DNA of 60,046 nucleotides from Vermamoeba vermiformis (Eukaryota): NCBI GenBank assembly GCA_045837725.1, contig JBEWZL010000116.1, positions 62,001 to 122,046 of the forward strand, read 5' to 3'. Shown piece by piece: positions 59,713 to 60,046 of this stretch (position 1 is its first letter; each line of letters starts with the position of its first letter). The notes under the pieces were generated by a model. It saw only the letters and a program-made list of their open reading frames with translations, ran no database searches and was not told where the DNA came from. The position numbers and the translations under genes were made by a program.

Positions 59713-60046
59713 ATGCAGATCAAGTCCGCTTTGATCTTTTTGACCCTGTGCTTCATCGCACGAGTCAGGTGCGAGTACTTCAGCTTTGGCTACCCAGATG
59801 CAGGCAAACAAGCATCGGAGATCGTGTACACTACCGGCTTCACCGATAATGAAACAAAGGCATCAGAAACCACGTACTACATGCGCTTGTACACGACGCC
59901 GCAGATGTCGTACAAACAAGGAGGCATTGCTTATAAGAAGACTCCTGTGACCACTGCTCACAACGGCTTTACATCTAAGTTTACATACGTGCCTACGATG
60001 TGCCAAAACACCAATCCTACTGGCCCTTATGGCGGGTACGCGTTTC
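59713..60046 (+). CDS. Secreted L-type (legume-like) lectin domain protein, 3' truncated by window edge
   Basis: Signal MQIKSALIFLTLCFIARVRC, then EYFSF...MRLYT...GGIAYKKTPV...GFTSKFTY...GGYAF, matching the L-lectin strand pattern; frame is open to the window end. Confidence 0.6.
   Translation, partial: MQIKSALIFLTLCFIARVRCEYFSFGYPDAGKQASEIVYTTGFTDNETKASETTYYMRLYTTPQMSYKQGGIAYKKTPVTTAHNGFTSKFTYVPTMCQNTNPTGPYGGYAF

Overview
Gene-dense, intron-rich eukaryotic (protist-like, probably free-living amoeba) genomic DNA. It uses the standard genetic code and short GT-AG introns with CTAAY-type branch points. About 25 genes can be reconstructed by manual splicing. The left half (1-33 kb) carries regulatory and housekeeping-like genes: a PA-domain 7TM receptor, a 3xPBZ-BRCT-SWIM ATP-dependent DNA ligase, a TBC Rab-GAP, three F-box fusion proteins, a CAP/Cys-rich membrane protein, a VWA protein and two mitochondrial-targeted paralogs. 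The right half (34-60 kb) looks like an accessory surface/defence region. It has an inverted pair of ABCA transporters (the left copy has two lesions), three Cys-rich GPI-like surface proteins, four Pmp3 proteolipids, a nearly intronless bacterial-type DUF4962/heparinase II-III polysaccharide lyase, a Crinkler-like SAM-NTPase-REase gene inside a sharply CpG-depleted island, and the start of an L-type lectin gene. The most striking observations are the PAR-binding bacterial-type ligase, the local CpG erasure over the Crinkler-like gene, the likely HGT lyase and the ABCA lesions. All domain calls come from motif recognition by eye; no database searches were run, and exon boundaries are manual predictions.
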